From the human T2T-CHM13v2.0 reference genome, Homo sapiens: a stretch of 64,000 nucleotides of DNA. Within the stretch, counting starts at the first letter, position 1. The number at the start of each line of letters is the position of its first letter. Under the pieces are notes generated by a model, which was not told the DNA's origin, ran no database searches, and saw only the letters and a list, made by a program, of their open reading frames with translations. Below are positions 1-14,892 of the stretch, piece after piece. The DNA lies in the NCBI RefSeq assembly GCF_009914755.1, contig NC_060927.1. The stretch is one strand, 5' to 3'. The translations under genes were made by a program, and so were the position numbers.

Positions 1-420
1 GAGATTTGGGACAAGGGAGGAAGGGTTGAGAGAGTGGTAGGTGTGTTTCCAAAAGGGTAACATTAAGAGTGATTATTTTCAGCTAAGAAAAAAAGAAAAA
101 AAGCTAACAGGAAGGACTCAATAGTGTTGGAACTGTTCAATATCTTGACTATGGTAATGGATATGTGGTATAGTTGTTTAGAACTTAATACACACACACA
201 CACACACATACACAAATGAGTACCAATAAAACTTTGGAAATCTGAATAAAATCAGTAGATTGTATCAATGTCAATACCATGGTTGTGATATTATACATTA
301 ATTTTGTAAGATTTTAATACTTGGAGATATTAGGCAATGTGTACAAAGGACCTTTCTATATTATTTCTTATAACTGCACATGAATCTACATTATATCAAT
401 AAAAATTTTCAATTGAAAAA
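1..420 (+). mobile_element. Old L1 (L1MC-like) 3' end with (CA)n at about 189-214
   Basis: Typical L1M 3'UTR wording ending in A-rich tail; by eye. Confidence 0.6.
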
Positions 421-1385
421 AAGAGCAATGGGTAAGATTCTGAGATTTAACCTAGGTAAGAATTCTTGTATTTTTTCTCCACCAAAGTAGAGCTAGTAAT
501 ACCTCTATTTCACATTTTACACTCTGCTCCACAGCATAGCTATGGTCTTTTTAATAGCATTCCTTGGTATGTTTGTCCTGTGGCTTTGCCTATATGCTAG
601 CACAATACCACATATTGCTGAGGGTATGTAGACTTCAGTCTAAAAACCACAAAAGTACCAGTTTCTAGCATTCATTTATTGCTAAATATTTATTTCAAAA
701 GATATCATTTTCAGATGTCTCATATTTCACAGCACATTGCTCTCAAAAGCTGTCAGAGATAAACGACAGACCTAACATTTATACCTATAAATTTAAATAT
801 ATATGAAGGTTTATCTAATTCAGTTCATTTTTTTAAGTAAATGAATCTTTTTCTAGACCAAATCTTTCATGGAACTCCAATTAAAAAAAGATAGACAAAG
901 GAGGCCCTATTTTCATTAAAGCAGCTAGAGAAGCCCAGCCTCTTATTTATCAAGCTTCCCTCTCACCATGACAGCAGCCCCAAAGGTATCTAAGAGTCCA
1001 CTGAATACTATTTGAAAGTCACTAATCTAGTTCACCCCCCCGATTCACAAGGAATAGCACAGAGATAGTTGGAACAATATAAGTGACTTGTTCCACACTG
1101 TTTTGCTGGATGATTCAAAACAGAATACCCTGAGTCCATGTCTCCTGACTCATATTTAGGTCTGATTTTATCACTACACTGTGATTTCTCAAATTACATT
1201 TAGTGTCAGGCGTAGAAGGCATACATGAATTTTTCATGAATTTGCTAGCTTCTGGGATACCTATAATATACATACACTAGCTGTCTGTGCTTGAAGGGAA
1301 ACATTTTAGAATAATACTTTTCTTTTTATTAACATCACAGAAGGGCAACCTGGGGCATGACTGTAAAGAAGCAGAATATGGAATC

Positions 1386-1683
1386 TTTTTTTTTTTTTTT
1401 TGAGATGCAGTCTCGCTCTGTCACCCAGGCTGGAGTGCTGTAGCGCAATCTCAGCTCACTGCAGCCTCTGCTTCCCAGGTTCAAGGGATTCTTTGCCTCA
1501 GCCTCCCAAATAGCTGGGATTACAGGCATGCGCCATGACACCCAGCTGATTTTTGTATTTTTGGTAGAGACGGGGGTCTCATCATGTTGGCCAGGCTGGT
1601 CTTGAACTCCTGGCGTCAAGTGATCCACCCGCCTAGGCCTCCCAAAGTGCTAGGATTACAGGTGTGAGCCACCGCGCCCTGCC
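1386..1683 (-). mobile_element. AluS, full length, TSD cagaatatggaatctt
   Basis: Alu consensus; TSD at 1372-1387 and 1683-1698. Confidence 0.95.
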
Positions 1684-1876
1684 AGAATATGGAATCTTAA
1701 GACTCCCTAGTATGTCTCTTCTAAGGTCGATCTTGACTCTCCTTAGACCTATTTTCGCTCTTGGAATTCTACCAGTGATGAGAATCATATATGATCTCTA
1801 CCTCCTACACTACTGCAGACAAGCTACAAAGGGGTCAGATTTAGCAATGGACAAGAAAAAAAAATCGAGTGCAGCA

Positions 1877-2204
<328 letters not shown>

Positions 2205-2319
2205 TTAGACACAAAATGTAACTATCAGATCAAATGAATTTCAATTTCATACCATTATTCTAATTCTATAAACAAGACGGAAGAGCTTCTGCATCGAGCA
2301 TAAAAACTAAAGCAGTTAC

Positions 2320-2476
2320 CAAGCCTATCAGAAAGATTCTTCTCTAATTTCTCCCACGACGATGTCTGGGATCCCAGGGTTGCTTGCAAATTTTCTATTT
2401 GTCGAAGCAATGGTCTTGTTGTTGATGAAACACTTTGACTCAGTTCCTGGTTTCGATTCTCTGCTTCCTGGAGTCT
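2320..2476 (-). CDS. TMF1: TMF1 exon 10 (157 nt; RLQEAENRNQELSQSVSSTTRPLLRQIE...); gene continues beyond the left edge
   Basis: tcag|AGACTC ... CTTG|gtaact; within ORF 2255-2485. Confidence 0.95.
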
Positions 2477-2615
2477 CTGAATCATGAAATTCTGAAGTCA
2501 TTACCAATGACAGCAATAAAAACATTAAAAACACTAGCAAACCTGAACTTTGAGAGGTTCCTGGAAAATTATTTTTCCAAGAGAAAATAATTTGCTTTTT
2601 AATTATTATTATTAA

Positions 2616-2884
2616 TTTTAGAAACGGGGTCCCGCTCTGTCACCCAGGCTGGAGTGCAGTGGCACAATCGTGGCTCACTGTAGCCTCAACCTCCTAGGCT
2701 CAAGCGATCCTCCCAGCTGGGACTACAGGTACACGCCACCACACCTGGCTAATTTTTGTATTTTTTTGTAGAGACGAGGTTTCATCATGTTGCTCGGGCT
2801 GGCCTCGAACTCCTGAGCAGGCAATCTGACTGCCTCAGCCTCCCAAAGCATTGGGATTATAGGCATGAACCACCATGCCCAGCC
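2616..2884 (-). mobile_element. AluJ-like
   Basis: Reverse Alu consensus. Confidence 0.9.
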
Positions 2885-2892
2885 CTTAATTA

Positions 2893-3297
<405 letters not shown>

Positions 3298-3794
3298 CTA
3301 AGATAGTCTTCAATTACCTGAAGGTTAAAAAAGAGTTCATCCAAACCTCTTAGTAGTTACCTCCTCATCCAAATATTTCTAAGTATTTATAAAAACTGAA
3401 AAATCAACCTAAATTGTATTTTCTCTCCCTTTTCCTCTGCATGTTATAAATGACTGAAAATTAACAGAGGCATAGAAACCGGGAACTATTACCTGTCCCA
3501 CAGTAATCAAAGACTGACAATCATTAATAAGCGATTACAAATGGAAAAGCAATACTGAATACATATAACAAATCTATCATAACATTATTTTCTATAAAAC
3601 AAAATAAGGAATTTCCTTGTATAATTTTTAAGGTGCCCACTCTGATTTATTCACACAAGCCACAAAAATTCAGCAAATGCTAGGTGTGACAGTAATCCTC
3701 TCAATTCCATGAACACTATCCCACTGAGGAATTCTTTTATTTCTAGAAAAACACATACTTCTTGGATTTGTGTTTTGGAAACCTGTGACAGTAC

Positions 3795-3887
3795 CTGCTG
3801 AAGTTCACCGATCTCATGGCGTAAATAATCCTCCTTTCTGGCAGCCGCTTGTTCTGTACGCTGCAATGCAAGCCTAAGGTCCCCCAC
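3795..3887 (-). CDS. TMF1: TMF1 exon 9 (93 nt; VGDLRLALQRTEQAAARKEDYLRHEIGELQQ)
   Basis: acag|GTGGGG ... CAG|gtactg; within ORF 3651-3920. Confidence 0.95.
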
Positions 3888-4869
3888 CTGTAGGAGGAGA
3901 AACAATACATTCACAAACAATGGTACAGTATTATCTATAACTTCCCACTAACTACATATTTTGTGTTGTGTCAACATTGTTCATGTATACTATTTCATAC
4001 TCTCCAATGAACTTTTACATATGATTATCACATCTCTCATTCATCAAGCAATTCCAAAACTGTATGTATATTCAATGTTTACTTAGAAAAGCATTCTGTT
4101 AAGGCAAAGAAACGCAAACAAATATGTATAAGGCATAGCCATTACCATACAATATTGGAGAAAAGACAGTGCGTCTATAAATATTTGCCACATCACACAG
4201 AAAGTGATAGGTGCTATACGGATTATAAAAGCTGGGGGCTCCACTCATATGCAGGAGCATACATTATAAACTACCATAGCCTTTTTGGAAAACATTATAA
4301 TATGTTTAAAGAATCATCAAACTTCTCACATCCTTTCACCGGGCCATCCTAGTCTTGGGAATTCACTCTAAGAAAGCAGATACGTAAATACACAGGGATA
4401 TTCCCTACAGTATTAAATAGGCTAGCAAAAACAAAACTGGAAATATTCTAAATCTCCATCACTAGTAATCTATAGTTGCAAATGTCGATACAACATGAAT
4501 ATAACCATTAAAAATTACAATAAATGTATAAAACATGTAAAAAAAATTTCTAATATACTATTAAATGGAAAAACTATAAAATAACACGTAAGACATCAAT
4601 TATGAAAAACACATATATGGGAATAGAATGAAACACTAACACACAAAACTGACAGTACTTGGAAAAAGTGATGGATTTATGCATGGTAACTCATATATGC
4701 TCTATCTCCCATTCCCCCAATTTTTCTGTATTATTATTATTCTAACGTATTTTAAATTTAAATTACTGATATTTTATCTATCCCAGTAATAGAGTAGCAG
4801 AAACACAAAGGATATATGGACCATGGCATGACTTATAATAGCAAAATACTGAAAATAACCCAAATATCC

Positions 4870-5272
4870 ATCAATAAGAAATAGCTGAAAATACTTCACC
4901 TAATAAAGTATTATAAAACTGTAAAGAGATATTTTTTAAAAACCTCTATGTTTTACTAGAGTGATCATCAGGATATTTTACTAAGTAAATAAAACAAGTT
5001 ATAAAACAGTATAAACAATAAACTATCATTTACGTAAAAAGGATGTAGGAGATAGAAATAGGTGTATAATCTATCAATAAGAAAGAGCTGAAAATCCTTC
5101 ACCTAATGAAGTATTATAAAACTGTAAAAAGATATTTTTTAAAAACCTCTATGTTTTACTAGAGTGATCATCAGGATATTTTACTAAGAAAATAAAACAA
5201 GTTATAAAACAGTGTGAATAATAAACTGTCATTTATGTAAAAAGGATGTAGGAGACAGAAATAGGTGTATAA
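4870..5272. repeat. Tandem duplication, 2 x 203 bp, about 11 mismatches
   Basis: Units start at 4870 and 5073 (atcaataagaaa.agctgaaaat ... ataggtgtataa). Confidence 0.93.
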
Positions 5273-5509
5273 GCGAATGTGTATGTACGCAGAACATGTA
5301 AGTATATAGATACATATATTTTCTTGCATTTTGCCAATAGAAACACTGAAAAGATAAGCCAAACTCTAATAAAATGGTTACCTACAGGCAAAGAGAGGAA
5401 ATGGGGAGCAGCTAAATTGGAAGTAAATGTCTGAATAGATTTTGCTCTCACTTTGGAATCATGTAAATGTTTTACATATACAAAACTTAAAATTAAATCA
5501 AAAGGGCAT

Positions 5510-6945
<1,436 letters not shown>

Positions 6946-7346
6946 TTTGATAAGACAAAGCCTCACAAATTTTGTTTTTCCTACTTCATCTGAGGTCCTT
7001 GGACTCCCACAGATGTTATGAATGAGCTCAGGAGTTAAATGGAGTCTCTCAAAATTATATGCAATATGTATGTGCATTTTTGCTCTTCTCTTCTAAGAGG
7101 GTTCCTAGCTTTTATAATACTCTCAAATGGGTCTAAAACTCAAAAAAATTAAACAATACTGGTATCACGTAAGCATTACTTTAACAGTTTTAAAAAACAC
7201 AACTGGTTAAATTTAGCAGAATCCAGTACTCTGAAATCTAACACATGTATCACTACATTGTTTGATTCAAACCAGCTAATTGTTTAATTTGTAGAAGCAT
7301 AAACAAATATTTTTAAAACTACTCTAATTCATCATCCATTGCTTAC

Positions 7347-7503
7347 TTGAATGGCTAATGTTTCTTGCTGCTGACGGGCTTCTTCTTGGGCCTTCTCTAA
7401 TGCTGCAGAAAGTTCTTCTTTAGCTTTCATTTCACGGCTCAGAGCAGCTTCCTGTGCCTCACTATCCTTTGCAGCATTGGCTTTGTGAAGATCAGTAAGT
7501 TCT
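7347..7503 (-). CDS. TMF1: TMF1 exon 8 (157 nt; ELTDLHKANAAKDSEAQEAALS...)
   Basis: ttaag|AGAACT ... CAA|gtaagc; cumulative 2151 nt. Confidence 0.95.
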
Positions 7504-7625
7504 CTTAAAAAATTAGATTGAGTTTATAAATGTTGCCAGTGATCAGATAATAGAAAAAGTATTTCTTCAACATCCTACTCTGATAATTCATTCTAAATGG
7601 GTTGCATATTTGTTCATTTTCTTAC

Positions 7626-7792
7626 TTGTATGCACTATCCAGGGCAGCCTGAATACTTCGGTTCTTTTCTTCAAGTTCATCCATGTCTACCTGAAGACGG
7701 CCAAGATCTTTCTCTTGGCGTTCTACCATGGAATTTAGTTTTTTAATATTTTCTCTATGTTGTTTCTCAACCTCTTCTTTGCCATCAAGGAC
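7626..7792 (-). CDS. TMF1: TMF1 exon 7 (167 nt; VLDGKEEVEKQH...)
   Basis: atag|GTCCTT ... TACAA|gtaag. Confidence 0.95.
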
Positions 7793-7890
7793 CTATATGT
7801 TATAAAAACAGACAAAAGTATTTTTCAAGAAATAATACCATGGTAAATAACTGTATTCCAGGAATCTATAATAATGGAGAAAAATATATA

Positions 7891-8184
7891 TTTTTTTGAG
7901 ACAAAGTCTCGCTCTATTGCCCAGGGTGGAATGTTCTGGCTCACTGCAACCTCTGCCTCCCAGCTTCAGGCAATTTTCGTGCCTTAGCCTCCCAAGTAGC
8001 TGGGACTACAGATGTGCACCACCACGCCCGGCTAATTTTTGTATTAGGTTGGTGCAGTATTTTTAGCAGAGACAGGGTTTCGCCTTGTTGACCGGGCTGA
8101 TCTCAAACTCCTGGCCTCAAGTGATCTGCCTGTCGCAGCCTCCGAAAGTGTTGGGATTACAGGCGTGAGCCACCCCACTCGGCT
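7891..8184 (-). mobile_element. AluS/J with 16-bp insertion in the linker
   Basis: Reverse Alu consensus. Confidence 0.9.
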
Positions 8185-8333
8185 AAAAAATCTTATCATT
8201 TATCTATTGTTTGAAAAATCCTTCTTACATGATATACCCCATTAAATCTTTTCAAATGCTCCATAACCATGGCCAACTGTTCATACAGGAAGTAATAACA
8301 ATATATATGTAGAGAATTATGATTGCTATTCAC

Positions 8334-8476
8334 CTGTTTCAAATGCTGCAACTCCTCTTCTAGCTCTTTAACTTTTTTGTTCAGCTTTGCAACCATATTT
8401 TCATTCTCCTTGTCTTTAGCTCTTAATTTCTTGATGATGTTAGAATTGTGCAGCTGCTGTTTTGAAAGTTTTTCTC
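8334..8476 (-). CDS. TMF1: TMF1 exon 6 (143 nt; EKLSKQQLHNSNIIKKLRAK...)
   Basis: ccag|GAGAAA ... CAG|gtgaat; cumulative 1827 nt. Confidence 0.95.
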
Positions 8477-8539
8477 CTGGTGATGGTAAAGAAGTATAAA
8501 CTCAAATGATAACTATTCCCTAAAAATCTCAATAGAATG

Positions 8540-9425
8540 TTTTATCTAATCAGTAACATAAAAGAACAGAATTTTTCTAAATTACAATTTTGTAACCCAC
8601 AATGTTACAACTAATTTGGACAGCAATCATCAATGAATGTTAAAATTATTGGGTAAAAGGTTGTTGGGAACTGGATATTGACACGGTCTTAAAGAATCAC
8701 TCTCATATATCACCTACTAATTTTAAAGAGAAAAATCTGGCAGTCAACTCCTTAACTAAGCATTCAGTTTTGGCATCACCAATTGTAGTACAGCCTGACA
8801 ATATGTGTCTGCTGATGTGATATAGTTGTTCAATATCACCCAGATATTTCCTACTAGAAATATGAACTAAATCTAATTTAAATCTCATCATGAAGAAAGT
8901 AACAAATTCCCGAACATGGGTGGGACATCCTGTGGGACAACTGCCCTAGACTCTACAGAGTCCTCAAAGACATAAAGAAGAGAGAACTGTCCTAGACTGA
9001 TGGAAGACTAAAAGGACATAACAATCAAATGCAATGGGCAAACTTTGGATCCTGGGGCAGAACAAATGATCAATTATAACAGACACTTTTAGAGACAACT
9101 AGGATTAATATTAAAATATATGCTGGATTACACTTCTGAATTAATGCTGATTTCTTAGGTTTGACTATGATGTACCTGTCAAGGAAAACGTACTTGCCCT
9201 TGGGAGATGTAGACTGAAGAATTTAGGAGCAGAATGTTACGGTATTTGTAACCTCCTTTCAAATGAGTTGACAAAAGGGTAGTGTATGTATGTGCAGAAA
9301 GATATGGAAGAGTTGTGGCAAGATGTTAACACCTGATGAATCTAGGTGATGAAGTAATCAGGTATTCATTGTAGTGTGCTTTCAGCTTTGAGTTTTACAG
9401 CTCTTTAGCTTTAAGTTTTAAAAAT
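8540..9425 (+). mobile_element. Old L1MC/ME-like 3'UTR fragment
   Basis: Resembles old L1 3' sequence (acaatcaaatgcaatg...ttggatcctgg); by eye. Confidence 0.5.
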
Positions 9426-9428
9426 ACT

Positions 9429-9857
<429 letters not shown>

Positions 9858-10813
9858 TCATTCTCTGACAAAATTATTAAATTACAAAATAATAACATTC
9901 GATATTAATATTTCAAATAACTCTTTTAAAATAAGAAAACCATGCAGTTAGCCTTCCCCTCAGTCTCTGATATTGTAAGGCAAGGCAGTTAATGACTTCA
10001 AGACATCTTGAGAAAATAATTATAACAACAGTTCCTTCATTTTTCTATTTTAGTGCTTAGAATTGTGTTTTATCATTATCTGTGTTCCTATATTTCCCTC
10101 TCACTGAACTAAGCCCCTAAAGGACAGAGTGTCATACTTATTATTGTATCAAACATAGTATCTGACATACTAACCGTTCAATAAATATTAGTTGAATAAA
10201 TGAAAAAGTTGGATAAAGCTAACTTTCAAATGAAATGACTGCTTCCAACTGTTCTCAAACGCTACCCTTTCTCTGGAAATTTACTTAAGTTCAGTGATTT
10301 AAGCACAAAAACATTCATCCTACCACTAACTATATTATTAACATTATAAAAATAAATGTACAACACTAGAAATAGTAAAACATATTATGGTATACCCATA
10401 TAATGGACTTTAATACAGCCACTAATAATGATAAAAAGCATTTAATGGCATAGAGAGATGTAAGAGAAGGAAGATTGGAAATTAAATATATGATCTTAAA
10501 TATGTTTAAAAATGCATTAAAAAATACATTAAAACTAGAAAAAATTAATAGTTCCTTATAATATTGGATTATAATCTACTTTTCCTCTTTATTCATATAC
10601 TTTCCTATAACTTCAAAACTTTCTACAAGTAGCAAGTATTACTCTTATAACTACAAAAACTTTAATTAACAAGAGAAATAAAAAGAGAGATTCACTTGAC
10701 CACGTTTTCCAAAGGCTCCTCTCTCCCAGGATATTACATGAAGAAATTAATTCAGTATCCATTTGTAATGATTTATTTCATGAATAGATCTTTAATTTCT
10801 GTAATGCTATTAA

Positions 10814-11122
10814 TTTTATTTTATTTATTTATTTTTTTGATACAAAGTCTCACTCTGTCGCCCAGGCTGCAGTACAGTGGCGTGATCTTGGCTCACTGCA
10901 ACCTCCACCTCCCAGGCTCAAGCAATCCTCCTGCCTCAGCCTCCTGAGTAGCTGGGATTAGAGGCACGCACCACCACCACCCGGCTAATTTTTGTATTTT
11001 TAGTAGAGACGGGGTTTCACCATGTTGGCCAGGCTTGTCTCGAACTCCTGACCTTAAATGATCCACCCACCTCTGCCTCCCCAAGTGCTGAGATTACAGT
11101 CATAAGCCACCACACTCAGCCA
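10814..11122 (-). mobile_element. AluS
   Basis: Reverse Alu consensus with (TTTA)n tail. Confidence 0.92.
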
Positions 11123-11590
11123 ACCCTGTTTATTTTAAATCTTTTCAGAGACAAAAGTGCTTAATAATTTAAAAATTAATACAATGAAAAATTCACTATC
11201 AAATGTCAGAAAAAGACAATATCATACAGTACTTAAGCTAGGTATTCAGATATTACATAAATCCCAGAGTTATACACTTTGAATGTCTTGGTTTAAATGA
11301 CAGGCTCTTAAGACCTGTTTAAAGTTTTCTTAGGGCAGCACAAATTTCTGTCTATTTTACAGGGACTTACTTTTCTTTTTACTTCCAAAAAACAAAAGCT
11401 AGAAACACGTATCTCTGTCTCAATATATCTTATTCCTCATTCTTCCATAAACTGTCACCTATTTCTATGGTTTACGTCCAAACCCTCCTTGCTTTCAGTA
11501 TTTTTAATTAGGAAGCATCAGCTAGTTATGTGGCAAGTACTTTTCCTGTTCTTACAGTATTTTTCATAGTCAACCAAATACTATACGCAC

Positions 11591-11696
11591 CTTCTTCCAT
11601 TAACCCTCGGATCTGCTCATCTTTCTCTTTCAAAAGGTCTGCAGTTTCACTACTATTTAATCTAGTGGCAAGTTCTTCTTTTATGTTTTTGATTTC
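11591..11696 (-). CDS. TMF1: TMF1 exon 5 (106 nt; EIKNIKEELATRLN...LMEEG)
   Basis: ttag|GAAATC ... GAAG|gtgcgt; frame continuous. Confidence 0.95.
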
Positions 11697-11954
11697 CTAA
11701 TAAAAAAGAAATCTGTGAATACCGTAAAGAATGACTTTCACTCTAAGTACAGTTCTCATTTCTCCCCCATCCAAAGAAGCTGTCCATAATCACATTTGCA
11801 ATAAGAATCTGTAAGTTTTGTTCAGTTAATCTACTACCTTGGTTAACTAAGACTAAGAAAACAACTTTGAAAATGATATTCAAAACCTAAATTCAGATAT
11901 ACAAGCAAGTGTTAATATGAAAATATAAATGAGAATAAATTAACTTTCCTTTTC

Positions 11955-12390
11955 ATTTTTATTTTTATTTTTTGAGACAGGGTCTTACTCTGTCACCCAG
12001 GCTGGAGTAGTGGTACAATGACGACTCACCACAGCCTCAACCTCCCAGGCTCAGGTGATCCTCCCACCTCAGCTTCCCGAGTAGTTGGGACCACACGCAT
12101 GTACCACCATGGCCAGCTAATCTTTGTATTTTTTGTAGAGATGAGGTCTCGCCATGTTGCCCAGGCTGGTCTTGAACTCCTGGGCTCAAGCGATCCACCC
12201 TCTTCGGCCTCCTGAGTAGCTGTGACCACAGGCGCACACCAGCATGACCAGCTAACTTTATGTATTTTTTAGTAGAGGCAGGGTCTCACCATGTTACCCA
12301 GGCTGCTCTCTAACTCCTGGGCTCAAGTGATCCGCCCACTTCAGCCTCCCAGTGTGCTGGGATTATAGACATGAGCCACCACACGTGGCC
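11955..12390 (-). mobile_element. Trimeric AluJ-like element (extra arm + linker)
   Basis: Two linker segments (about 12115 and 12255) in one about 430-bp element. Confidence 0.85.
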
Positions 12391-12533
12391 AAAAATCTAC
12401 AATTTAAATGTTAATAGATGATATCCTTTTCACCTTACTTCTCTTTTTTCCAATATCAAAATACGATGAATGCACTCCTCAAAAATCTATATCTCTATAG
12501 AGTTTAATTAATATTACTTTAAATTTCAATTAC

Positions 12534-12660
12534 CTTTTTAGCAGCATCTCTCTCTTTGCAGGCTAGTTGAACTTTCTTTTCTGCTTCTGCAATTCTTTGA
12601 GTAAACTCATCTTTCAAGGAAGAAATGCTACTGCTTTCTTCTTTCACTCTGAACATTTCA
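12534..12660 (-). CDS. TMF1: TMF1 exon 4 (127 nt; EMFRVKEESSS...RDAAKK)
   Basis: ttag|TGAAATG ... AAG|gtaatt; overlaps ORF 12519-12728. Confidence 0.95.
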
Positions 12661-13275
12661 CTAAATTTAAAATAATATTTGAGAATGAGGATGGTGTCTA
12701 TATATCCCAAAGGTATACATGAGTTCAATTCTCAAAAGGAAGATAACTTTTCTCTGACATATACCTTATTAAAATAGAACAGTTTTAGGCCTATTAACTT
12801 TTAAGAAAAAAAAAGGAAATTTCCCTTGTTAAATTTATTTTAAAACACCTCAAAGAAAATCTGTTAGAAAGAGAAAATGTCACCAATATCTGACATGTAA
12901 AAATAAGAGAAGAGTAAATACAATGTTTCAATTCTGAATCTTCTTGTATCACATTTTCCCAATCAGCTCCTTATAGCACAACTGTGTTATTGATTAACAC
13001 AGTTTTCTTCAAATACGTTTTAAATCTCTAATACTAAAAGACTAAAAACGAAAGGAAAGAGTTTTCCAGTTTTGCAAAATGACTCTCTTCAATGGCAAAG
13101 GGTAAAGACAATCAAAAGAGAAAAGTAATCTTTAGGGTTATAATTGAAAGCTATACAACTTTCAATAATGATAAAATTACAAAACATTTTAATTTCAAAA
13201 ACATTCTTAAATATGTACAAAGTATACAGGCTTCCAGAAAATGTGTAACATTATTCACATTTGCAGAATACTTAC

Positions 13276-13379
13276 TCTTTCAGGTTATCAAAAGCTTCTT
13301 CTAGAAGTGCTTTTTCCTTACTAAGAGATAATAACTGAGCCTCCCTTTTTTCCAGCTTTTCATTCAGAAATTCAACTGT
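13276..13379 (-). CDS. TMF1: TMF1 exon 3 (104 nt; TVEFLNEKLEKREAQLL..., coiled coil)
   Basis: ccag|ACAGTT ... AAAGA|gtaagt; phase matches neighbours. Confidence 0.95.
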
Positions 13380-13959
13380 CTGGATAAGGCGAATACATAA
13401 AAGTCAGAACGCTTAGCTTTAAAAAAGACCATTTTTACATGCAGGTGTATCACTGTAACAAAGAAAACAGCTTTATCTCATAAAAACAATCAAGAACAGT
13501 ATTAGGAACACAGAAGATCCAGAACAAGAAGAACTCTTAGGCAGCTGAGAGGAGAGTAAAAGTAAATACAACCAAATAGCTAGTGGGAGTGTAAGTTGAG
13601 AAACCCCTTGAGAAAACAATTAGGCAATACCTAGTTGGGGATCTACATACTCTTTGATATAGAAAATTTCACTTTTAGGTATACCTTAGAGGAGAAAATT
13701 CTTGCATAAATGCACTAGGCGACATGTATAAGAATACTTTATGTAGCTTCCTGGTAATAGCAAAAATCTGGAATAATCTGCATACACACCAAAAGAAGAA
13801 GGGAGATGGATGCAATCAAAAGAGGTCAAAGAGGAAATTTAAAGCCTCTATATTTTAGCTAGGTGGTGGATACACAAGTGTCTATTTTCTGTATTATTCT
13901 TTACCCGAAACACATACCCTTTTTAAAATATGACATATTGCATTTAAAAAATAAAAGTA

Positions 13960-14892
13960 GGCCAGGCGCAGTGGCTCATGCCTGTAATCCCAGCACTTTG
14001 GGAGGCTGAGGTGGGGGGATCACCTGAGGTCAGGAATTTGAGAGCAGCCTGGCCAACACGGTGAAAACCAGTCTCTACTGAAAATACAAAAATTAGCTGG
14101 GCATGGTGGCAGGCACCTGTAATCCCAGCTACTCAGGAGGCTGAGGCTGGAGAATCGCTTGAACCCAGGAGGTGGAGGTTGCAGTGAGCCAAGATTCTGC
14201 AATGATCTTGCACTCCAGCCTGGGTGACAAGAGTGAAACTCCATCTCAAAAAGTAAAAATAAATAAATAAATAAAAGTAGAGGCCGGGCATGGTGGCTCA
14301 TGCCTGTAATCCCAGCACTTTGGTAGGCTGAGGAGGGCAGATCACTTGAGGTCAGGAGTTCAAGACCAGCCTGACCAACACGGTGAAACCCCATCTCTAC
14401 AAAAAATACAAAAATTAGCCAGGCATGGTAGCATACGTCTGTAGTCCCAGCTACTTGGGAGGCTGAGGCAGAAGAATCACTTGAACCTGGGAGGCAGACT
14501 AGCCTGGGCAACAGGGCAAGACTCCGTCTCAAAAAATAAATAAATAAAATAAAATAAAAGTAGGGCTGGACACGGGTTCATGCTTATAATCCCAGCACTG
14601 TGGGAGGCCAAGATGGGAAGACCGCTTGAGCCCAGGAGTTCAAGACCAGCCTGGCAGCATAGTGAGACCTCATCTCTACTAAAAATCAAAAAAATAGCCA
14701 GGCGTGGTGCGAGCCTATGGTCCCAGCTACTAGAGCGGATTAGGTGGGAGGACTGCTTGAGCCCAGGAGGTCAAGGCTGCCGTGAGCCATGATCGCACCA
14801 CTGCACACCAGCCTGAGCAACAAAGAGAGACCCTGTGAGCCGCGATCGCACCACTGCACGCTAGCCTGGACAATAGAGAGAGACCCTGTCTC
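13960..14892 (+). mobile_element. Three head-to-tail Alus (13960-14270, 14282-14555, 14564-14892)
   Basis: Three Alu starts, each preceded by aaataaaagtag. Confidence 0.93.

Noticed and set aside
14020-14532. 170-aa ORF and the many similar 'LLPRLECSG' / 'SSDSPASAS' ORFs in the track
   Set aside because: Translations of Alu sequence
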